Of a stretch of 64,000 bases of DNA, positions 1 to 13,545 are shown in pieces. The translations under genes were made by a program, and so were the position numbers. The DNA comes from Psammoneis japonica. Lineage: Eukaryota. A model generated the notes under the pieces. It saw only the letters and a program-made list of their open reading frames with translations, did no database searches and was not told the origin of the DNA. The stretch is taken from the NCBI GenBank assembly GCA_008632985.1, contig QPGO01000027.1:1-64000 (forward strand), read 5' to 3'. The first letter of the stretch is position 1, and each line of letters starts with the position of its first letter.

Positions 1-1991
1 GTCCTTTATGAAGATATTACCGATTTGTTCGGAGTCAAGCGAAGCGACTGGTAAGAAATGCTCTGTCTGGTGTGGCTTTTTGAATTCTTGTTCTCACGTT
101 CGCGAACACTGTGTTGTCCTTGTCACTCTAGGTACTTTGGTACAGCGCGAGAGGTGGTTTGCAAAAAGAAGAACGCAAGCTACATTATTGTCATGAAGTT
201 CGATGACAATTCCGTATCTGAAGTAGCTTTTCCCAGCGACGATGTGCAACGAATCCAACGGGATCCCAGCTCGGGTCTCTTTTTTGCGGGCGACAAGGTG
301 GCCTACGACGCCAATCCAACCAATTTGGAGTGCGGAGATGTTGTGGAGTGTCTGTATCAGAATGGATCCGAGGATGGAGCGCGCTTTCGAGGACGTATTG
401 CGGCAGTCAGTGACAATGATCAGAAGCGTCTATGTGACGTTGCATATGACGATGGCGATGTGAGTTGTGTTATTGCTGATTTCTCTACTAATAGTGTATA
501 TCTTGTGACTGTATCTAACTCTACTATGTTTTCCTGCAGTATGAACGAGACATTCCGATGGATCAAGGATACATTTATCTTGTTCGGCGTGGAGTCGACG
601 ACTTAACGTGGCTTCATAATCAACGATTCAATGAAGCATTCCGAGACCGAAAGTCGGCTGGTCGAGAGGGCAAAGTTGTCAAGTTGAGTGACGTGGACTC
701 TCAGAAAATCCAAATCGGTTTCCCCGACTGGAAGCGGGAAGAGTGGGCGTACTCAGACGTTGCTGCTGCTATCTTTGCAGCGCATCGATACAAATGCAAA
801 GAGGACAAAAGGGTCAAGGCGTGGCCTGCTGCGAAGAAGAAACGCGGTTTGCCAAACGATGGACCATATGACGAGGAGCAATCGACGAAAAGGAAGCGTG
901 TCGATAAGAACTACGCAAAGGAGATGCTAGCCCAGTTTGAGGATAAGCCAATGCAAGAATCTCAGGAACAGCAAGAGAAGGAAGAGCTGGATGCCTCTGA
1001 GGAGATTCCTATCATTCTGGGCAAGACGTTATGGAGAGCCTTGGACTCACCGGAACCACATATTGGATTTGATTTATTGAAGATACTTGTACTACAAGGC
1101 AACGCTCCAAACGATTTGCTCTGTCGCGACTTAAAGACCATTATGATGCATGGCCCAACAAGCGACGGCACTCCCTTTCCTGACCCAAATCGGATGGAAG
1201 TGGCAGCAAACTTTGTCATCGCTGTGCTCAAGAACACGACGATATGTTTGCCACCTTCAATGTGCCCAGAATCTTGGGAAGAGATTGTCACGTGCATTTC
1301 TCAATCATCCAAGGGAATTTATTGTGCACCGGGTGACTACTTGAAACCGGAATCTGTCAAGGCATTTCAAAGAATCGGCCCATCTCTCCAAGTCGCCAAG
1401 TACGCGGCTCAACTTCTTGAGATTCAATTGAAACGGCAACTCGATCAGTTTGTCAAGGACGAGGCTGCCACAGAAAGCAAGGCATACATCTCACAGCCGA
1501 TTGTCGAGGCGGTCTTAACATGTTCTGGAGGCATTCGCGACGCCCTCAAGACGGTCGTCCGATTGATCATAAAAGCTTGGATCCAGAATGGCCACTTTGC
1601 TCTGGCGCTTGTGAAGAATACAGGCGAATCTAGCGTTGCTCTGCAGTACTGCAACATGGAAGCCAAAAGTTGCATGGATTCTCTTGGCGTCATTGTTACT
1701 TACATGACCTGGCTCTACTGTGCAGAAGAGGGAATCAGCGTCAGCTCCAAGTCATGTGCCTTGCTCATCAAGGATGTAGTACTTTCGGAGCTCCAGAACA
1801 ATCCGTTTGATCCAGTACCCTTCCTTCACACTCTACGTACGAAGCAGGGTTGTAGCCTCCTTGACACGTATCAGAAGAAGCTGAAGTTGTGGTTTGTCAT
1901 GAAATTCAAGCGTGATATTGCTCACCAGTTGCAGGCGAACTTGGCCAGTCACCTTGGGATCGAGCGAGAGTGGTCCATCTTGTCGCCATGA
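1..1991 (+). CDS. 5'-truncated multi-exon gene with N-terminal tandem Tudor-like domains and a helical C-terminal region of unknown function
   Basis: Introns 51-131 (gtaaga..ctag) and 460-539 (gtgagt..gcag) join the frames as ..KRSDW|YFGTA..YIIVMKFDD and ..FRGRIAAV..CDVAYDDGD|YERDIPMDQG, continuing into ORF 558-1991. W/YxGxV..YxVxF/YDDG are Tudor-type motifs. Confidence 0.7.
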
Positions 1992-2049
1992 GAACGTATA
2001 ACGCCTGAAGAAAAGTATACATCTATTCGGTAATTCCATGTAAGCATCT

Positions 2050-4046
2050 TTACGCTGTTTTTACTTTCTTCCTCTTCCTTCGTCCAAAGTAGCCTTTTGC
2101 GACACGATGATTCAGTTCTTCAGCAGCAATTTTAAAGACGAGCTTTTGTCCGCCTCGTGACTTCAAGACATCCCAGACAACCCGTCGCTTACGAAATCCA
2201 GTTAGCAGTGCAGAATCCTCCAACAGCTGCTTTACCTTATTCCGGTCAACTCGACCAGTCGTTGGCGAGCGGATAAGGTCTTGCAGCGTAGTTTCCACCA
2301 CTGGCGACTTGCTAGGATTCTGAAATAGCCGATTCAACGCATATGGATAAAGCACCTGCAACACATTGAAACTTGGATCAAGGCTTATTGCAATTCCTTC
2401 CAAAGTACTGAGTGCCCGTGCGTTGTTGATGAAATATGGCGGCAGTCGAAACTTGAACCTAGGTACAAGTCTTGCAAGCGCTAGTCAATGAATACAAGAA
2501 ACAAGGATGAGATATCGTTACCAAGGAATGTGCTACCGACAAAAATCTTCGCGAACGTACCATCAAGAAGCTTGTCGAAACGAAGCTTTGGAATTCTCGT
2601 GCCGTCTGGATCATTCTCATCTGGCTCAGGGTATTGTAACGATTCAGCCATGGTCTGTTCTAGAGCTTCTGCCAGCGCTGCCCGTTCTTCTTTATCTTCT
2701 AAAACCTCTACCGGCATTAACTCAAGTTCACCAAATAAATTTGCAATCGCATCAATGTCCTTTGCGAATACAAGGTACGCCACGCTGCAAACCAGCGCAT
2801 CTCGTACCTGCTCTGGAATTGTTGACAGCAATCCAAAGTCAAGGTATCCCAAAGTAACCTCATTATCGTCTGTACCGACTTTGAGAAGATTACCGGCATG
2901 TGGATCTGCATGCAGTACTCCAGTCACCAGTAGCTGGCTCAAGGTGGCTTGGATTGCAATTTCGACAAGCGCAAGATTCTCGGCAACAGCTTCTGTTTCG
3001 TTTACTTGCACAGACGTCAACTTGGTCCCGTCAATCCACTCCATAACGAGAACATTTTCGGTACAGAGGTCGGAATATATTTCAGGCACAACAACACTCA
3101 CGTCCCGCGAAGTTCCCTTTTTCGACCCATAAAGACTTGCGAATTTTGCTGCGTTTTGAGCTTCCTTTTCGTAATCCAACTCTTCAAAGACACGCGACAT
3201 GAATTCCTCGGCGGCGTCGAGAACGTCTGTATTCACAAGTCTCTTGACCTTTCCTTGCTGCTTGTTGTTTGGAAGCGCCGGGATTGATTCAATCCATGAC
3301 GCCAAAGTCCGTAGCAATGCAGCATCACGTTCCACAAGTGGCCGAATGCCTGGTCGCTGCACCTTGACAGCCACTGGGCCACGATTGGGTAGCATTCCCT
3401 TGTACACTTGACCGACGCTAGCTGCCGCAATAGGTTCATCCGATATACTTTCCACCAATGTTCTTACATCCGTAGGATCAGCAGAAGTAGAGTTCAATTC
3501 CTCTTCCATAATTTGTCTTGCAGTGCTTGTATCAAAGGGTTGCATATTGTCCTGCAATCCCGACAATGCTTGCGCCAGTGCTGGCGGAACAACATCAGGC
3601 CTACTTCCTAGAGCTTGACCAAACTTCACATAGGTCGGGCCCAATTCTTCCATGGCCTTGGCCAGTCGTTCTGCGTTGGTTGCACCTCGAATTGAATTTC
3701 GGCGCGACCAAAAGTGATCCCAGTCCCAACCACCATCGTTGGGAAGACCCTGTAAAATGATGGATCCCAAAAGCGGCGACAAGACTTGTCCCCCGACTAT
3801 TTTTGTGATTTCAGCAGCTCGACTAAAGGCTGAACCATCCGATTTGGTGTCTCGCGGCTGACTCTCTTTAACATTGCTTTCTGGCGTCGCCAATGCGGCG
3901 AGTGTTTGACTATTTGTCGTGCATCGATGCGATACTTGCGAAACAAAGCAGATTGAGTGGTGTTTTCGCGACGAAGAACTACAGGAAAATTTTCCGTCCA
4001 CCTTTCCATAGGCATAACCAAAGGCAAATAGGTGTTTCAACTTCAT
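2050..4046 (-). CDS. ABC1/aarF atypical protein kinase
   Basis: Motifs LGPTYVKFGQ, PIAAASVGQVY, VAVKVQRPG, EELDY, HADPHAGN and YLDFGL. Intron 2481-2560 joins to ALARLVPRFKFRLPPYF..LEGIA. Start codon uncertain (ATG 4046). Confidence 0.92.
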
Positions 4047-4430
4047 GAGGTGATGCCATTCACTTCTAAATGCAAGTCGCAAAGCGCAAATAGCAGGAAG
4101 CTGAAGCAGGAAAGTGAGAAAGCTTCAAGCTGGGAGCGAAGGTGACATCGTGGTGGCACCAACCTGGCGTAGATCCTACGATGGTGCCCAGTATGTTCAA
4201 TGTTACGTGGTGATTGGGTCGGATTGATCAATTGATGATGTCATTTTGGCGGGAAGTTTGGCAAATTGAAAATCCCAAAATTTAAAATTTCGATTTTTTT
4301 CGAAAATTCGCGGAATCACGTGGGAAACCAACTTCGAAACTTGGAACTTTCAACCTCAAACCTCTCACTTCGAACTTTCGTGCAAGCCTCGATGGTCGTC
4401 ATCGTGGCGCCTTCCCCAATCACTGTATCA

Positions 4431-5633
4431 ATGTCGACTGTATCAATGCCGACTTCTTCCATTCTAGACCGCATCATTCGAGATTGCTTTCTCGGCTACC
4501 CCAAGGAACGACTGTTGGCAAACGAAGATGCCGCAACTGTTCAGCAAGTCTTGCTGAACAGCGTGCAGAAGAACCAGCTCTCGTGGCTGGATTATTTCTT
4601 GGGATGGTGTGAATATGCACGGGACAAGGGGCTTCCATTTCCACATGAGGATGCTTCGTTTTCTAAATTTTGGGGCGTTACGCCTTCCTCGGTCAAAGCA
4701 GGACTCACGAACGAAGAGATTTATCAAATCTCGTTGGAAGGACTGAAAAACGGATTGCCGGACCATATCAGGTTTGTGAGTTGGTGTAGAGGTCAAAACG
4801 AGCCTGGAGATCAATCTGCCAGACATGAACAAGAGGAAAAAGAAGAATCGGAAGAAGATAATTTTCATGATGCTCAGTCGACGACCTCCTCAACGGACGA
4901 AGAAAGTAGCCCTAGGTCAGAACCGGACGGAGCTGATCAAGAAGCAAGACAAAGTCAAAACGAGACTCTCGACGAGGAGCCTGATGATCAATCGACCAAT
5001 CACGAACAAGAAGAACAAGCAGAAACAGAAAATAATGTTCGCGGTGCTCAAGCCAGTGTTCAGTCTACGACCTCCTCAACGGACGAAGACGGTAGGTCAG
5101 AACCGGACGATGCTGATCAAGAAGCAAGACAAACGGAAGAAGCTCTCACGTCACGTCGGTCTTCTAGTCGCAAGCTCAAGCCAAAGACTCGTTTCGACCC
5201 ATCCTCAGGACACGGAAGAGCCTGGAGTGAGTCAACACCCAACCGCCGCCCTGCGATCAAGCACGCCTTGTTTGCCACTCCAAAGAATAAAAAGCCCCCA
5301 GGCCGTCTGCTTCATCGTGGGAAGCGTGCTAGAGTCCCTGGTGTGTACAAGCGCAAGACTTTATGGAAAGTGGACGACGATGGAACAACGTACATTGTTG
5401 AAATCAAGACTGGCAATGTCTCGCAAAATGGCCGACTTCAAGTCGAGTGGAAAGGTTATCCACGTTGCAGAAAGACGGTGGCTCCCAACGAGCTGCAAAT
5501 TCCAACAGATGAAGATTTTGATGAGTATGAGCGCAACGTCAACCGGGCTCGAAATCTTGCGAGGCAAAGCCTTACCGCCAGTTTGGAGAAAAGCCGTAGA
5601 TCGACACGATCCAACGCTGGTAGGCGCGGATGA
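4431..5633 (+). CDS. Hypothetical protein with an acidic repeat linker and a C-terminal chromo/Tudor-like barrel; paralog of 13546-14604
   Basis: Long open frame sharing LDRIIRDCF..WLDYFLGWCEYAR and LWKxDDxGTTYIVxIKTG..VxWKGYPRC with the paralog. Start codon uncertain. Confidence 0.7.
   Translation: MSTVSMPTSSILDRIIRDCFLGYPKERLLANEDAATVQQVLLNSVQKNQLSWLDYFLGWCEYARDKGLPFPHEDASFSKFWGVTPSSVKAGLTNEEIYQISLEGLKNGLPDHIRFVSWCRGQNEPGDQSARHEQEEKEESEEDNFHDAQSTTSSTDEESSPRSEPDGADQEARQSQNETLDEEPDDQSTNHEQEEQAETENNVRGAQASVQSTTSSTDEDGRSEPDDADQEARQTEEALTSRRSSSRKLKPKTRFDPSSGHGRAWSESTPNRRPAIKHALFATPKNKKPPGRLLHRGKRARVPGVYKRKTLWKVDDDGTTYIVEIKTGNVSQNGRLQVEWKGYPRCRKTVAPNELQIPTDEDFDEYERNVNRARNLARQSLTASLEKSRRSTRSNAGRRG
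4800..5132 (+). repeat. Internal coding tandem duplication (~180 nt unit)
   Basis: EPGDQSARHEQEE..QSTTSSTDEESSPRSEPDGADQEARQ is repeated as EPDDQSTNHEQEE..QSTTSSTDEDGRSEPDDADQEARQ. Confidence 0.85.
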
Positions 5634-6231
5634 ATGTGGAAAAGCAACAGTGAAACTTGCAAAGCTTGCGAGGCATCAGGCCGGCAAGAGTGGGAAGGAT
5701 ACATGCATGTATAGTTTTGACTTTTTAACCACACTTTGGCGTAATGTGAAGGAGTTTTCATTCCGGTTGTGCTGTGTCTTGCTACAACATGCTGTACGCG
5801 GGAGTTGTTTCTCCTACATTCGTGAATAACTACTGCAGGCTTTACTATATCCTCACCTCCCAGTTGGGAGTGCTATATCCTCAAGTTCTCGCCCTTTCAG
5901 ATGTTTAACGGTTAACACAGCTCGATCGTTCCAAGTTGCCGGCGGATCCTTCTCTAGCTAGAGCTTTGGACCTGTGCTCTCCAAAGAATGTTGCGTAGAA
6001 TCTGTACACTGAAAAAAAGTCAACCTTCAAACGTACTGCGAAAAGACGGAAATTCTTTGGACAGATGGAGGCTATCCAGAAATAAAGCCCCAATATATCC
6101 TTCGAGGCAGAGTAAGAGCTTGCAAGGCATCATGCAAGGAAGAATGGAAAGAAGCATGCACATATTACTTTCTCATGGGAAACAAGCAATGGGGCTCTTT
6201 CTGGCTTACTACAGTATACTCTATGCAAGAG

Positions 6232-7451
6232 CTATTTTTCAGACTTTCGTTTTCGACGTCTTATCTTCACTGTAACGAGTAGGTCCCCTCTATCGTTTCG
6301 CTTCCTTCGTGGCCATCCTCTGCCTTGTATTCGAACTACATCTCCCGACATTTTTATTTGATTTGGTTTCAATTCAAGGGTGATTGGATCTTCCAGCTCA
6401 TCCATGGGATCAATCTGAATTGTGCATCCGTTCAACGCTTCATCTCGATCGACTCGAACAGTTGTCACCAAGTCGTTCCCAACTCGCCTGAACCGATCAT
6501 GCTTTCCTTCTTGCAAGACAAATACAACTTCAATACCAGGATCCTCATTCTTAAATGTGAGCTTTGTTCCTCCCTTCCATCCTTTTTGCAACTCGGCTTG
6601 GTAGTTGAAAACGTTGGGTCGAGGAAGTCCCGCATGGAAAAGGATTCCCATTACAATCATGAGCAAGGATACACGTACTCGAGAAACCAGTGGTAGACAG
6701 AAAAAAATGGCTTGTATCGCAACCGGGAGAGCGGCTCCACCACGAAAGGCTGCTCGATATCGTTTCCATATAGTGTCCTTCAACACAAGGTCCGCCTCTT
6801 TGCCACCCGTGTACAAGTCTTGCAGCGGAACAGTGACCTTTTGTACATAGACGGAACCAAAACCCAAATTCTGAACTACCGGTGATGCTTGTCTAAAGTC
6901 CTGACGAAACAGCTGTGAAATATCAATGCCGTTTACATAGAATGGCGTGGGACGGCGACGTCGTGTAAAGTATTCCCCACCAGTTTCTCTGTATTCGGGG
7001 AAGCCAGCGCTGAAAAAATACGCGCCTAGTGGATTATCACTGCCACTAAAGAGCTGCTCTTGACGAGCGGCATTATCATACTGCCGTCGCGATTCCTCAT
7101 CTCCAATCTGAGAATAAGCCTTTTGGACTCGTTTGAAAGTTTCCTCACATCTAAGAGAGTAACCGAAGAACAAATTGAAAACTGAGTGTTACACTTTGGT
7201 GGAAAGTGTCGAGAGTTATCAATTTCATAAGTGATTCATTCCCACCTTTGCCGTTCCTTGTCGGGCTTGGAAACGTTCTTGTCTGGGTGATACTTGAGGC
7301 ACAGCTTTCGGTAGTTTCGACGGATATCGTCGTCTGTTGCTTTTCTCGAGACTCCCAGTACTTTGTACGGGTTGACGTCAGAACGACCAAGGCAGCAGAG
7401 GGGAAGGAGACATAGACAAAGAGCAACTAAAGACCGTAGACTAAACATCAT
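6232..7451 (-). CDS. DnaJ/Hsp40 co-chaperone with a signal peptide-like N terminus
   Basis: J domain [22 protein letters not shown]. Intron 7151-7245 joins to [13 protein letters not shown]. DnaJ C-terminal motifs [22 protein letters not shown] and GRGWP..GDLLV. Confidence 0.92.
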
Positions 7452-8047
7452 TCGATTGATCAGTCTTGTTTACGACTTCGATTTGGCAATAGACGTGAGA
7501 CAGCAGAGGTATGTTCGTCGGCGAGTCGTCAGGGAGCAATCGATTGCGAATTGCGGGTAAAAAAAAAAAAAATCAAAAATTGAGAAAAGCGCGGGGAAAC
7601 CGGGAAACATTCTGAACGGGAGGCAATCAGACGCTACAGGGAGTTGCAGGAAAAAACGTCTCCGCATGGTTCCACGCGTTTTTTCCATACAAAAGGCACC
7701 AGCCCGCGCCGCAGATAGCTGGCTAGCTACCGTAGTAGGCTAGTGGAGAGAGTAGGGCCCTACAGGAACCCACTGTATGTACCGGGCGGCCGTACTGTAC
7801 TGTACCTACCAGAGAATGAGAGCAGACGATTACGACGACTGCCAGCATGCCGCACGTACGTCGTACGTGCAACAGCGAAAAGCCAAAGACGTGAGCAGCA
7901 CTGCTGTGCTCGTACTGCCGAGTTCATCACCGAGTCAAACTACAGTCTACTCTACTAGCTAGAGCAGGCCCTGCTGCTGCTGCAGTAGCAGCTGTGCTAA
8001 GACTGTTGTTGAAAGAACATTTTGTTGCACCAATCAGTTGCGAACAA

Positions 8048-9232
8048 TCACAAATGTCCCAATCTGTGCATTGTGTCAAATGCACGTGCATCCTGTCCGC
8101 TGGCGTCCAGCTCCCAATTGCAGCCAATGAGTCCAACACCATCGCCTGTGGCATCAATCAACTTGACTTTTGGATTCTCCATGGCGCAGCATGTTGAATC
8201 TTCCAACTTGAGGTCCACATGAATGATCCTGGACCCATCGCGACCACCCAACAAATGAACCTTGTTGATTTTCCTAGAGACCTGGATTGGCAAGGGCACG
8301 AGGGCTGTGGAAGACAGGACCTCAGAGTCAGACTGCCTCATTGAAGACAGCTCATCTGAAAGAGCTTCAAGGCGCTTGCAGATGTCACGGAGTTCATCAT
8401 CGCCACCATGGTTTCCCCCTTGGGCAGTGGCTTCATCAAGGAGAACTGCGTGAAGAGCGTCCATGTCCATGGAGTGCTGTGGCCACTGGGAAACGCAACT
8501 GAGCATCCACCCATTGCTCACAACAGACAGCTGGATGCCAGAAAGGTCCGTGGTGCAAACACCAGATGGAGCCACAACAACCAACACGACATGATTGGTC
8601 TTGGTGACAGAGTCCTTGCAAGCAGCTTGCAAAACCATGGGCTTGAAGCTTTTCCAAGAACCTCCTTGCCCACCACCACGTGCCTCCATCACAGAAGCAA
8701 CACCAGCTCCATTCACAACAGCAGCTGCATCGTTGTTGTTTGCAGGAGCTGGAGCCGATGCCGTCCGACGAGTGCTGTCAAGGCCACCCGAGAATGGCTC
8801 TTCGTCACCGTCGTCGGTGTCTGTGGCCAGATGAAAAAAAAGAACACCGCACGGCGCGGTCAAATGAAAATGCACGTGTCAGCAACACAGTGACGTCACT
8901 CACATTTGTTTCGCATGCATGTGCGAATGCGGTGAAAATCAAAACTCACCGTCAGGGTTCTCATTGCTGTCGTTCATCGTTCGATGAAGATTGAACCCGG
9001 TTTCGTCTTTGAGCCTGCACAAGCCAGTGCGGAACTTGTCCAGTGGATGGTGCATGAACTCTGCGCGCATCTGCTGGATCTCTTTTGGCGTCGCTCCAGC
9101 GCTTGCCCTGCCATCCATCAGCATCTCCTTCAAGAGTTTGCAGTTGGCAGACCCCTTGTGCCACACTGCTCGAAGGGGGCCGGCGGCCTCAGTGTCAAGA
9201 ACCGATTTGGTTCGTTGGTTGAGTTTGGGCAT
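8048..9232 (-). pseudogene. Two-exon ORF divergent from the transposase, probably the element's accessory gene; Tyr-less and mutated
   Basis: MPKLNQRTK..FMHHPLDKFRTGLCRLK, donor gtgagt near 8949, acceptor cacag near 8821, then ORF 8048-8875. No Tyr codons. Confidence 0.5.
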
Positions 9233-10147
9233 GGTTTCTTTGGTTTTCTCTTTTTTATGAGAGGATTGATGGTGCACAGTCAAGAGTCGTCAAGATCAGC
9301 ATTCGCGTTGACGGGCAGCAATGAGAACCCCATTTTTGAATGGGTCACGACAAACTCACCTCACCACTGTCCGCGTGATGCTCTTTTCAAATTTGAACAA
9401 ATTCCAACCGCCAAAATGAGATTTGAGAAAACACCAACCGCCAACATTGAGAAAGGGCCTCTTGACAACGAAGATTCCCTCAAGACCACACAAAAAACGT
9501 TCCGAGACCACACAAAAATTGTTCCCAAATCACACCCAAAACGATTTTCAGCTCCAGAACGATGACTTTGGACCATCTCAACTGAAGAATGAGTGGCTGA
9601 ATCCCAAGCTTCGGTGTGCATTTGCGACAGCACTGGTGGCAAACTGGCTCCTGATGTTTGTTTTGGCTTTTCATTGGCACATTTCCGTGTGCTTTTCGTC
9701 TGTGAAAAGGCGATTTCATTTTGATTTGTAGAATGAGAATGCTTTTTTAATGCACCACCAACCATGGATCATGGTTTTAAAATTCTGCATCACATGTTGC
9801 GTGCAAACCACTGTGTTAGTTGAGCTAAGAGCACGCGTTGGAATGGTTGTTCTGCCGTGTTCCGGTTGACAAAACGACGCCCAAATTGCCCATTGCGAAC
9901 GTCCCGAAGTCACCATTCGGAAACCACACCCGAATCGCATTTTTTTCGTACGGAATCTCACCAAAGGCCTCTTCCAATGAGAACCCCAACTGCGTGAAGA
10001 TGACAAAACACAATTGTCAAATGTCAAACAACTGCTGTGCTGCTCTCTAGAGCAGCCAGCCACTGCAGAGCAGAGAGCAGCTGCCAGCAGCAGAGACTGG
10101 CACAAACGCCAAAGCAACACACTGTGGTGTGCTGCCAATTGCTGATC

Positions 10148-11070
10148 ATGAGACTGCCCAAAGAGGCCACAGAGTGCTTGGCACAGACGATCATTCAGAA
10201 GCCAAAAGGGTCACCTGCAGTGTGGAAACGTCGGCTTGCATCATGCTTCTGTACCCCAGAAGAAGTGGCATCTGAGTTGTGGGGGCTTCTCGTTGACGAC
10301 GGGAAAATGCCACGAGGTTTTTTGCCCATTCACCTGCTCCACACCCTTTGCTTTCTCAAATTGCACGAATCTGAGACAGTCGTTGCTGGCATCTGTAATG
10401 AAATCCATGAAGACACGCTGAGAAAATGGGTTTGGGTCAGAATTCAACTTGTTAGACAGTTAAATTTGGCACGTGCCATTCCAGATGTTGCTCATGTGTG
10501 TGAAACAAATGGGCTGACACCTTGTTCTTAGATTCGCTGGGAAGACCGCTTCACTGATGATGACGGCAGCAGATGTTTGGCGACACTCGACGGCACTGAT
10601 TTCAGAATCTACGAGCCATCACCATTTGATCCAATGTGGTTCTCCCACAAATTCCACGGTGCTGGGCTGCGGTGTGAAATTGGAGTGTGCATTCAGACAG
10701 GGTGGATTGTTTGGGTCAATGGGCCGCACCCAGCTGGGTTGCCGGATCTGAACATTGCTCGTGAATGGATCATTGAAGAGCTTGAAGATGGCGAGATGCA
10801 TCTGGCCAACGGTGGCTGCAGCGACGGGAGCCAGCACAGCTCGACTCCATCCGGCCCAAGAAATGCAGACGAGGCCATGAAAACAACAGCAAGGGCAAGG
10901 CATGAGGCTGTCAATGGATGGCTCAAGCGTTTGGAGTGCTCAACAAAAGACACCGCCACGCGAAGGAAACACATTGCCATGTGTTTCATGCCGTGGCCAA
11001 CATCACACAGTTGGCCCTCATGATGGGTTGCTCACCATTTGATGTGGATCATTTTGACAACCAAAATTAA
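10148..11070 (+). mobile_element. PIF/Harbinger (IS5/ISL2EU-like) DDE transposase, inactivated
   Basis: Motifs LDGTDFRI, FSHKFHGAGLR(C)EIGV, GP(H)PAG.PDL, (H)LA(N)GG(C) and RARHEAVN. Intron 10469-10531 has a mutated donor (gcacgt). A 1-nt frameshift near 10931 precedes FGVLNKR..HAVANITQL..taa. Confidence 0.85.
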
Positions 11071-11923
11071 CAGCAGAAAGCATGTTGTCGCCAAGATGAT
11101 GTTGCCGCGAACGTTCCTTAATCTCGCTGTCGATGCAACGCCTCGCGAGTCGATCGCGAGCAAAAGCGAACCCCTCCTCCCCACCTGCCACAGGTGGACC
11201 TGCAGCAGGGCCCTGCAGCACTGTCGCAGGGCCCACAGCATGCGCCGGACTGCATCTCCGTGACGCACGGGCGGGTGGCGGCAGCGTGCCCGGGGATGAA
11301 AATGCACCCACCGATGACGCAATTGTGACGTGTGCTTCCCGCACTTTTTTGTGGCCAGCCTTGCGGGGTGCAGACAGACACCGGCAGTGCCTCAGTGCGG
11401 CACGCGCATGCATTTTTTTCTGATGATTCCACGCGCAGATGATGGGGATGCGACAGAGATGCCGATGCCGAGCTTCAAAACCACACTCTTGTCTCACACC
11501 CGTTGAAGCTTGTGGTTGGTTGACTCCATTTCTCTTCAACCAAAAGCACTCACTTTTTCCTCTTGCATGGCAAATTTCAAGATTCTCAGCAACAAAAATC
11601 AAAAGCACAAAACAGCCCTCTGTTCGTTTCCACGACAGACACACCCAGCATGACAACTGGCAGACAAGATGATGATGTTGTTTGCGGGGCAATGCGGCAG
11701 ACAAACAATGCTACAAAAAAAGCTGCCGCGTGTCACATCATCCGTGCCATCAAGCAGCAGTGCAACAATTGTTTTTTCCTGCAACTCCCAGTATGTGGTG
11801 GTAATGTATGACATGGATATAAATATATTTTATGATACTTTTTGCGATTTGCAGAATCCAAAACTCACATCTGTGTTCTCCAAATCTCTGTACCCGTTGT
11901 GCCATCTCAGAGATCAGATAGCA

Positions 11924-12921
11924 ATGAGTAAGTATCTTATCTTTGGTGCCACAGGTCAGCAAGGTGGAGCGACCGTCAAAGCTCTGCTTTCCAAGGGCGT
12001 GAAGGGCGACGATATCTTTGGTGTCACTCGCAATCCCAACTCGAAAAAACTCGCTGATCTGGGAGTAAAGGCAGTCAAGGGTGATTTGACAAACCTTGAA
12101 AGCATCAAGGAAGCCATAACTGCGTCTCAGGCCGACACGGTGTGGTTTATTACCGATTTTGCCACGGCGGGATCCGCCAAGGTCGAAGTCGAACAGGGTA
12201 AAAACGTAATTGATGCCATCAAGCAGAGCGGAGATCAAGTCAAATACGCCGTGTTCAACTCGGTTTGCGACGCTGACAACTGCCCAAAGAGCATTGAACA
12301 TTTCTGGAGCAAGTCAGATGTCGAAAAGTACATGGCCAAAGAGTTTGAAGGCACGGGTAAGAAATGGGCAGTGCTCCGCCCAGTCGCATTTCTGGATAAT
12401 ATGGATAACGCCGCCATGCGTAACCCTCTTAAAAAGGGCCAAGTGTCCGCCTTGATGAAGGCCGAAACATCTCTCAAGCAGGTTGCTACCGTCGACATTG
12501 GAAAGGCGTCGGCGGTCATGCTGCAAGATCCTGATACATATTCTGGTAAAATCATCAACGCGGCCGGCTGTGAGCATACCGGTACAGAATTGGCTGAGAT
12601 TTTGACCAAGGTCTCGGGCACTCCATGCAAGTATAAAATGGTGCCTCGTTGGTTGCTCTGGCTCTTCATGAGGGACATGTACCACAGTAAGTTTTTTCTT
12701 CGCTTTCGCTGTTTACCCTGGAATCTTGCAGGTTGGCGTCACTGATATTCCATCTTGTTTCTCATTTTTAATGTTCAGTGGCCAAGTGGTTTGATGCGGA
12801 GGGATACTCTGCTGACGTTGCAGAATTCAAAAAGATTGTCCCTGATGCCATGGATGCGTCTGACTGGTTCAAGGCCAAGGGACAGTGGAGTGACGGAGAA
12901 AAGTTTGCGTCTTCGGAATAA
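11924..12921 (+). CDS. NmrA-like NAD(P)-binding Rossmann protein
   Basis: YLIFGATGQQGG, VTRNP, HFWSK and LRPVAFLDN. Intron 12687-12778. Stop taa at 12919-12921. Confidence 0.92.
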
Positions 12922-13545
12922 GGGTTGAAAATGTGAGAGTGTATCGTGTAGCATGTGTGTCTTTGTCGTTTCACATCTTTTATCTGGTACCAGCAGTTAC
13001 CGAGATAAAGTAGCCAATGTAAGATTACAACCAGACTTGTAAGCTTTCTTCCTTGTAATCAACTTTCTGTTCTTTCATAGTTACGAAAGCAGAAAACGCA
13101 GTGGAGGCCAATCATCGGTAGCGGCCAACTCAATGCCGTTTGCATGCACCTTCTAGCTTCTGCGCATCATTCTATTTTCTAAATTATGTGTTGCGACACT
13201 CTTACTAGCTCTACCTGGTGTTGTGACTATTTGGTCTAGGGTTACTGCTAAAAATTGAATTTTCGAGTTCTTGCCGAGTTGTCGAGAATAAAACGGTTGC
13301 TTGTATCTCGCAGATCTTTTTTGTTCGCCCGATTGGAATTCAGAATGGGCTTGATAACACGTTTGCAAAGTCGCATTAGCTTTTTCTTCGCACATTCTCG
13401 TGCAAGAACAGGACCCAAGCTATTTTTCTCTAACAAAAGAAAAGTGATTGATGCTATTTTGCTTTCCTCGCATTAGTGTTGTGGATAATTGAATTAGCGA
13501 CAAACAGACGAATGACGATGATTCCGTAGCCCACCCCTGTATCAT

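Larger units (their letters stand above)
7960..11790. other. TpA-depleted hypermutated domain 1 (contains a Harbinger-like transposon)
   Basis: TpA nearly vanishes and TG/CA dominate, between TA-rich flanks at 7730-7960 and beyond 11790. Confidence 0.85.

Noticed and set aside
7990..11125. TIRs and TSD of the Harbinger-like element
   Set aside because: Only weak similarity between the candidate ends, so boundaries were not assigned.
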